A stretch of 20,000 bases of DNA from an uncultured virus (IMG/VR IMGVR_UViG_3300040946_000488). Its lineage: Duplodnaviria > Heunggongvirae > Uroviricota > Caudoviricetes. The stretch lies in IMG/VR virus record IMGVR_UViG_3300040946_000488; one strand, given 5' to 3'. The number at the start of each line of letters is the position of its first letter. The first letter of the stretch is position 1. Position numbers and translations under genes: made by a program. This document shows, in pieces, positions 14,945-20,000 of the stretch. The notes beneath the pieces are model-generated. The model did no database searches, had not been told where the DNA came from, and saw nothing but the letters and a program-made list of their open reading frames with translations.

Positions 14945-15017
14945 TGCCCCGCTCCAGAGTCGGACTGGACCCTCGGCATCTTCAGTGCCGCGCTCGTCCC
15001 ACGAGAGCTTGCGGGGC
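14945..15017 (-). tRNA. trnF: tRNA-Phe(GAA)
   Basis: Loop CTGAAGA. Confidence 0.88.
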
Positions 15018-15060
15018 ATATGCGGGACTTGGCATGTCCCGCCGCTTTGTTCACTATTAC

Positions 15061-15073
15061 GTTTTCAGAGATC
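15061..15073 (-). promoter_or_regulatory. boxA-like antitermination element
   Basis: GATCTCTGAAAAC resembles rrn-leader boxA (GATCTTTGAAAAC type). Confidence 0.5.
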
Positions 15074-15080
15074 GCAGGAG

Positions 15081-15152
15081 TGAGACGCCAGGGAATTGAA
15101 CCCTGATTGACTGATTAAGAGTCAGCTATTCTAGCCGTTGAATTAGCGTCCC
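15081..15152 (-). tRNA. trnK: tRNA-Lys(CTT)
   Basis: Loop CTCTTAA. Confidence 0.92.
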
Positions 15153-15153
15153 A

Positions 15154-15229
15154 TGGTGCCCCTGAAGTGGCTCGAACACTCAATGAACGGGTTAAAAGCC
15201 CGCTGCCCTGACCATTGGGCTACAGGGGC
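15154..15229 (-). tRNA. trnK: tRNA-Lys(TTT)
   Basis: Loop CTTTTAA, CCA. Confidence 0.92.
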
Positions 15230-15236
15230 GTCTCGG

Positions 15237-15317
15237 TGGGCGAGGTGGGGATCGAACCCACCGTGTCCGAGGACAAGGGCTTTACAGGCCCCATCGTCAC
15301 CTTGACTGTTCTCGCCC
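15237..15317 (-). tRNA. trnY: tRNA-Tyr(GTA), first gene of the array
   Basis: Loop CTGTAAA, long variable arm, atypical D arm. Confidence 0.85.
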
Positions 15318-15372
15318 GCTCATCGAACGGGCGTTTATAGCCATCGTGTTTCATGAACGACCTCCTTGTACG

Positions 15373-15405
15373 AAAAAGGCCGCCTCGGAGTTCCGGGCGG
15401 CCTTC
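15373..15405 (-). terminator. Intrinsic terminator/attenuator upstream of the tRNA array
   Basis: AAGGCCGCCCGG-AACT-CCG(A)GGCGGCC followed by TTTTT. Confidence 0.8.
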
Positions 15406-15430
15406 GCAAAAGATTGAAACTGCTCTTGCT

Positions 15431-15580
15431 CTAGCCGCCCATCCTATCCTCCTGCTTGGTCCCTTCCGGGCGTGTAAATGATAGAGGGGCCAAGCTCGAT
15501 GGGGCATTGGGAGCATACGCCCATCCACAGACCGGATGGCCTGCGGATTTGATCGTGAGGTGTCGCGCTCTGAGGAACAT
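15431..15580 (-). CDS. Putative attenuator leader peptide MFLRARHLTIKSAGHPVCGWAYAPNAPSSLAPLSFTRPEGTKQEDRMGG
   Basis: 49 codons between promoter and terminator; 42 distinct codons, all 20 amino acids; last codons complementary to terminator 5' arm. Confidence 0.72.
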   Translation of the reverse strand: MFLRARHLTIKSAGHPVCGWAYAPNAPSSLAPLSFTRPEGTKQEDRMGG

Positions 15581-15597
15581 CTTCAGCTTCCAGGAGG

Positions 15598-15646
15598 ACT
15601 GTGGACCCTTCCCGAGAACCTGTCAACAACTTTTTTTCAGTTTTTT
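15598..15646 (-). promoter_or_regulatory. Main promoter of the tRNA array
   Basis: A-tract UP-like element, TTGACA (15626-15621), 17 nt, CACAGT (15603-15598). Confidence 0.65.
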
Positions 15647-15655
15647 CCCTGGCCC

Positions 15656-15991
15656 CTACTTGCGGATCTGAGCCGCCGCCGGCAGGGACGCAGGCCTCGT
15701 CGGCGGGATGGACCCCCGGATGAAGATCGGGGCTGCCGCCACCACCGCATCCGACAGCGACGCGAACGCCGCCAGGAGGGAAGCCCCCGCCGTGGCGATC
15801 CCAGGATCCACGGGCACCGATGCCGCCGCCGCCGGCTGCAACACCTTGCCACCCTTGACCATGATCATCATCCTGGCGGCCACGTTGGTCGGATCTGCCG
15901 TGTCCCGGACCGCGACCGAAGCCCTCACGGAATCCGCGAGGACCGTCACCGATTCGAGCGATGTCGTGTACGTCTTCTGGATCGTTGCCAT
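15656..15991 (-). CDS. 111-aa Ala-rich hypothetical protein (possibly virion-associated)
   Basis: AAGGA SD before MATIQKTY; GC3-rich. Confidence 0.75.
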   Translation of the reverse strand: MATIQKTYTTSLESVTVLADSVRASVAVRDTADPTNVAARMMIMVKGGKVLQPAAAASVPVDPGIATAGASLLAAFASLSDAVVAAAPIFIRGSIPPTRPASLPAAAQIRK

Positions 15992-16043
15992 GTTCGTTCC
16001 TTCTTTCCTGTGGATGGCCTGTGGCGGCCGTTTTCTCGGAAAT

Positions 16044-16355
16044 CTATGGGCTATCGTCCCTACAGGGCCAGTCGGGCAGGTCGACAGACTTGCCGGAAAG
16101 CCCATGGCTGCTGTCAGCATGGAACAGCAGCTTGCCAACCGTCAAGTTGAGATGACACCTGCGTCTCCCCGGATCAGGATTGTCGGGACTCGTGTTGAGA
16201 AGAGACGGCGAAAAAGTAGGGCTCGCCTGATCGCCATCGAATGCCCACGTGAAAGGTCCTGCCGTGAAGAATGCGTGAGTATGCTCACAACCCGGACAAT
16301 GGAAAGCCCAGCCCCTGATGGAGCCCCCATCATCGACTACCGGCTTGAGCTTCAC
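16044..16355 (-). CDS. DUF6527-like zinc-binding phage protein
   Basis: FHCPGCEHTH...W.FDGD..SPTFSPSLL...CH...G...F..DSSH.L.GK.VDLP; GTGA coupling with fibre gene. Confidence 0.8.
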   Translation of the reverse strand: MKLKPVVDDGGSIRGWAFHCPGCEHTHAFFTAGPFTWAFDGDQASPTFSPSLLNTSPDNPDPGRRRCHLNLTVGKLLFHADSSHGLSGKSVDLPDWPCRDDSP

Positions 16356-19336
16356 GGATTCGCCACCAACAATGTAGACACTCCCCCAATCGGGACCGAC
16401 AAATACACCGGCACAAGCTTGATGTTGCCATTATGATCCTGAATGAGCAGCGCCATGTCCGTAGTGTTGTTCGCCGTGAGATTGGACTCCGCGAACTGGA
16501 ACAAGTCAAGCACCGTGCCAGGCCCGACGCCGGGCTCGTTCGAGACGACCCGGAATGTCTGGACGTGACCGAAATACTGATCGAACACCGTCTCGTTGGC
16601 GCCCGCCGTGGCTCCGTACCCTATGGCGATAGCACTCACCCCGCTGGTCACGGCATCGGTCCCTATGGCGATGGTCCAGGTCCCGACGGCCTGCACGCCT
16701 GCCCCTATCGCCACATGATAGTCGCCGTCCGCCGAAGAACCCGTCCCGACCACCACACAGCCGTCCGCCGATATCCCATGGACGTTCGCCCCATCGCCGA
16801 CGACGACATTGCGGAGACCATCATTCTGGACCTGGGCGACATCCCCCAAGCACACATTCCAACTACCCGTCCCCTGGACCTGGGCATTGTAACCCACGCA
16901 CGTATTCTGATCTCCACCATTGGTCGACGCCCCATTTCCCATGACAACGGTATTAGTACCCGTCACCGTAGCCCCCAGCCCGATGGCAATGTTGCTATCA
17001 CCCACAATCGTAGAACCTGCCCCGATGGCAATGCCCCAGTCATTATACTCCTCAGCAGGCGAACCTGCCGAAGCATTCAAACCGATGGCGACACATCCCT
17101 GATTTCCTGGTTCCCCCGTACTGACCCCAACCCCAATCCCCACCGCATAAGACGCCCCCACATAAGATCCTGAACCAATAACAATCGAAGAAAAACCACT
17201 TATCGCAACATTGTCCCCAATCGCAACCGAACTATCAGCCGACATGGCAGTGCCGTCGCTGCCTATCCCCACCGAATTGTTCCCATCCACGTACACCCCC
17301 GGCCCCAACGCTATGCTGCCCTGGCCATTCGACGATACCGTGCTCCCACTCCCAATCGCTATCCCGTAATCAGTCAAGACCGAAGCATTCGCCCCCATGG
17401 CAATACAATCATTCAAGGGAATCGCGGACGTGGCAACCTGGCCCACGCTGGCAGACATCCCCATCACGACAGTACCAACCCCATAAGTCCCCGCCCCGTG
17501 CCCAATGACGACGTTGTCATCATAAGTCGTCGAGACGCTCAACCCCTGGTACCCCACCGTGGCCTCATACCCTATGGCCACGTTGTTGTTGGAAAAAACG
17601 CCGCTCAAGTGATCGCCAGCCTCGGCATAGTAGCCGAGGGCCACATTGAATTGACCCCACGTGAGGGCCGGCGAACCGATCGCGATGCTAAAATTGCCCG
17701 AAGCCCAGGCTCCCGTAGCCTCCGGCCCGCTGGAACCGATGGCAATGCCCCCCGTCTCCGCCAACTGCGAACCATAGGCATACACCCCAGCGACAGACTC
17801 ATGGCCTATGGCTATGCTGTCGGGACCCGCCGCCACGGCATCAGACCCAACAGCGATGGCATTGTCAGAATAAACATAAGACGAGAATCCGATGGAGACG
17901 GAATAGTCTGCCGCACCTATGGTGGAATCGCCCACTAACGCCAACCCCAATGCCACCGAATACATACCAATGACCGTGGAGGACGGACCCACCGCCACGG
18001 AATAGTCCGAATCGAACAGATCCGAAATGCTTGCGCCATCCCCGATGGCGATGGAACTGTTCCCCCATACGATCGCCCGCCTCCCTATGGACACTGTCAT
18101 GTCTGCATAACCGGCCGCTTGGTACCCGATGGCCAGAGCAGCATTATACGAACTCGGAAACGTGTATTGACCGCCCGCGGTAGTTTCAAACCCGATCGCA
18201 ATGCATCCCGTACCCCACGCATTGCCATAGGCACCCAAGGCCACACATCCCTCCTCAGAATAGTACCCCGAACCGATGTCACTGCCGGCATACTCGGAGG
18301 GACCGATGGCTATGCTCTCCATCCCGGTAGCCTCGGCATACCAACCCATGGCGATATTGTCAGAACCGTAAAAAGAATCGTATCCATTGGTGTGGGCTCC
18401 CAACCCGATCGCAATGCTGCTGCCATCAGTGAGAGAACCGTCATTGCAATTGGCCGGATAACCCGAAACCCCAATCTCGATGCTGCGGGGACCTAGCACC
18501 ATGCCCCCAGCAGACCTGAATGCCGCCCCCTCCCCCCCAGGGACCAACACCTGCACCGCCTCCGGATCCGTGAACCCCACCATATCGGAAGCATCAAAAA
18601 TAACCTTGCCTCCCTGAGCATCCTCCAAGCTGAAAGTCTGATCCAATGGTACCGATCCCACCTCGTAGGCAGCATGAATGGTCTCGCTAGCACCCCCTCC
18701 CGTCGCCGTCTGCGAACCCCCCATGGTCACGGTGAATGGAGAGAGGATGGTGCCCTTGACATTCAGGCGGACATACCTGATCCGATCGCCCGTGGCCAGC
18801 GGCGAGAACTCGAACGACTGGGCACCCAACAACGAGGATGAGGCAGGCTCCGCCGAGAACGATCCGATGGGATTGAAATCCTGGTCGTCGAGGCTGCCCT
18901 CCACCACCACCGAGCCCCGCACCCCTCCCTGCGCCAGGAAGTTCACGTCCCCCTGGTAATTGACCAGGCCTAGATCGCTGCTGGGCTGCGGGCCACTGTC
19001 CCCAGGCACCAGCGTCGGGAAAATCCCAAAAGTGTTATTGCCCGGCAACGACAGCCCAGATATGTTGGCCGTCACGCCCTGGGCACCCGTAACCTGCGAC
19101 CGGATCCTCACCCACTGCAAAGCGCCCGAGAAGGTCTGCTGGATGCCCTCTATGCCACCCGCCTTGAAGGACAAGATCGGATCGAAGTGGATCCCATCAT
19201 GGCTCCCGAGCAAGACGTACTGACCCTCGAACGTCCCGGACAAGGTGACGGTCTTCTCGCCCACCAGAACGGACACATTCACGGCGACGCCGTCGCCTGC
19301 GCTGGGCACGGGGATGTTTAGGATGAAGGTTGCCAT
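16352..19336 (-). CDS. Putative tail fibre/adhesin with YadA-head-like (SIAIG) beta-roll repeats
   Basis: 994 aa, dozens of ~14-aa (S/N)xAIG repeats; AGGAGG SD; no signal peptide or C-terminal barrel anchor evident. Confidence 0.85.
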   Translation of the reverse strand: MATFILNIPVPSAGDGVAVNVSVLVGEKTVTLSGTFEGQYVLLGSHDGIHFDPILSFKAGGIEGIQQTFSGALQWVRIRSQVTGAQGVTANISGLSLPGNNTFGIFPTLVPGDSGPQPSSDLGLVNYQGDVNFLAQGGVRGSVVVEGSLDDQDFNPIGSFSAEPASSSLLGAQSFEFSPLATGDRIRYVRLNVKGTILSPFTVTMGGSQTATGGGASETIHAAYEVGSVPLDQTFSLEDAQGGKVIFDASDMVGFTDPEAVQVLVPGGEGAAFRSAGGMVLGPRSIEIGVSGYPANCNDGSLTDGSSIAIGLGAHTNGYDSFYGSDNIAMGWYAEATGMESIAIGPSEYAGSDIGSGYYSEEGCVALGAYGNAWGTGCIAIGFETTAGGQYTFPSSYNAALAIGYQAAGYADMTVSIGRRAIVWGNSSIAIGDGASISDLFDSDYSVAVGPSSTVIGMYSVALGLALVGDSTIGAADYSVSIGFSSYVYSDNAIAVGSDAVAAGPDSIAIGHESVAGVYAYGSQLAETGGIAIGSSGPEATGAWASGNFSIAIGSPALTWGQFNVALGYYAEAGDHLSGVFSNNNVAIGYEATVGYQGLSVSTTYDDNVVIGHGAGTYGVGTVVMGMSASVGQVATSAIPLNDCIAMGANASVLTDYGIAIGSGSTVSSNGQGSIALGPGVYVDGNNSVGIGSDGTAMSADSSVAIGDNVAISGFSSIVIGSGSYVGASYAVGIGVGVSTGEPGNQGCVAIGLNASAGSPAEEYNDWGIAIGAGSTIVGDSNIAIGLGATVTGTNTVVMGNGASTNGGDQNTCVGYNAQVQGTGSWNVCLGDVAQVQNDGLRNVVVGDGANVHGISADGCVVVGTGSSADGDYHVAIGAGVQAVGTWTIAIGTDAVTSGVSAIAIGYGATAGANETVFDQYFGHVQTFRVVSNEPGVGPGTVLDLFQFAESNLTANNTTDMALLIQDHNGNIKLVPVYLSVPIGGVSTLLVANP

Positions 19337-19461
19337 GTTCCTCCTGCACGGATCGATGGATGATCGCCGCAGCGCGAGCAGATCAGGATGTACGATTCCG
19401 CGTGAGAACCCCCCGGCGTCCCGACGGAGACCGCAAGGACCACGGACAATTTATGGATGAA

Positions 19462-19489
19462 ATGTTACCTGAAACCGACAAGACGTCAA
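19462..19489 (-). promoter_or_regulatory. Candidate promoter upstream of fibre gene
   Basis: TTGACG-16 nt-TAACAT. Confidence 0.45.
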
Positions 19490-19615
19490 GCCATGCCTCA
19501 TCTTTAATGAAACGCCCTGTCCCCTCATCGGAGACATCCGAACCCACCGGGCATCGCTAACCACGATGGCAGAACGCCGAGCAGAGAGCCACGCCCCGTA
19601 AGCCTGGACAAGGCC

Positions 19616-19671
19616 AGGGACGAGGAACGAGGGACGAGGAACGAGAGACGAGGGACGAGGGACGAGGGACG
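19616..19671. repeat. Heptamer tandem repeat (AGRRACG)x8
   Basis: AGGGACG/AGGAACG/AGAGACG units in an apparently non-coding region. Confidence 0.9.
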
Positions 19672-20000
19672 AGGAGTGCCCTGCCAGGAAGCGAGCATGG
19701 AGCCCCAGGGACCAGGGACAGGGCACCGGATACATGACCATGACTGTCGAAGTCCAGCACACCGCGCCCCGCGGGCTTGGATGGCGGGCAAGGACCCCAG
19801 CGCCCGGCACCCCGCCGCCAACTAGCCTCCCGCGTGGCCAGCAGGCACTGGATGGCGAGGGAAGACCCCAGCGCCCATCTCCCAGCTCCCCGGCACCCCG
19901 CCGGCGGCATCCGGCCAGCACCGGGAATCGCCAACCTCCATGGCAAGACGCCGGACACCGAGCCAGGTCCGCCGACCTCGCGTCCCAGGGACCACGATGC

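Noticed and set aside
7801..15106. Many ORF-track ORFs overlapping tRNA genes
   Set aside because: Fully explained by tRNA/tmRNA sequence; no SD or protein-like composition
16352..19336. Trimeric autotransporter adhesin or DGR target
   Set aside because: No signal peptide or C-terminal barrel; no reverse transcriptase or template/variable repeat pair seen

Overview
GC-rich window that looks like part of a large bacteriophage or phage-like element (inference from gene content; no core host genes seen). Its centre (7879-15317, minus strand) is a dense array of 45 tRNA genes read by eye, covering all 20 amino acids, plus a tmRNA (tag ANDNAFEAPLAQAA). The array is interrupted by an HNH gene, a DNA methyltransferase cassette, small ORFs and several structured non-tRNA spacers. 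Downstream lie a Pth2-like peptidyl-tRNA hydrolase, two degenerate tRNA-like elements and an HNH nuclease. The most striking feature is the array leader: a sigma70-type promoter, then a 49-codon leader ORF missed by the ORF track that uses 42 different codons and all 20 amino acids, whose last codons are complementary to the 5' arm of an intrinsic terminator placed just before the first tRNA. This reads as a ribosome-dependent attenuator sensing shortage of almost any tRNA. Flanks: small phage-type genes, a stand-alone TSCPD (NrdJ C-terminal) protein, a nucleotidyltransferase, an AT-richer gene fusing an eIF4E-like (DUF1917/Bles03-like) domain to a GIY-YIG motif, a HicB-like gene, and on the right a 994-aa YadA-head-repeat fibre protein. 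All calls are manual; no searches were run.
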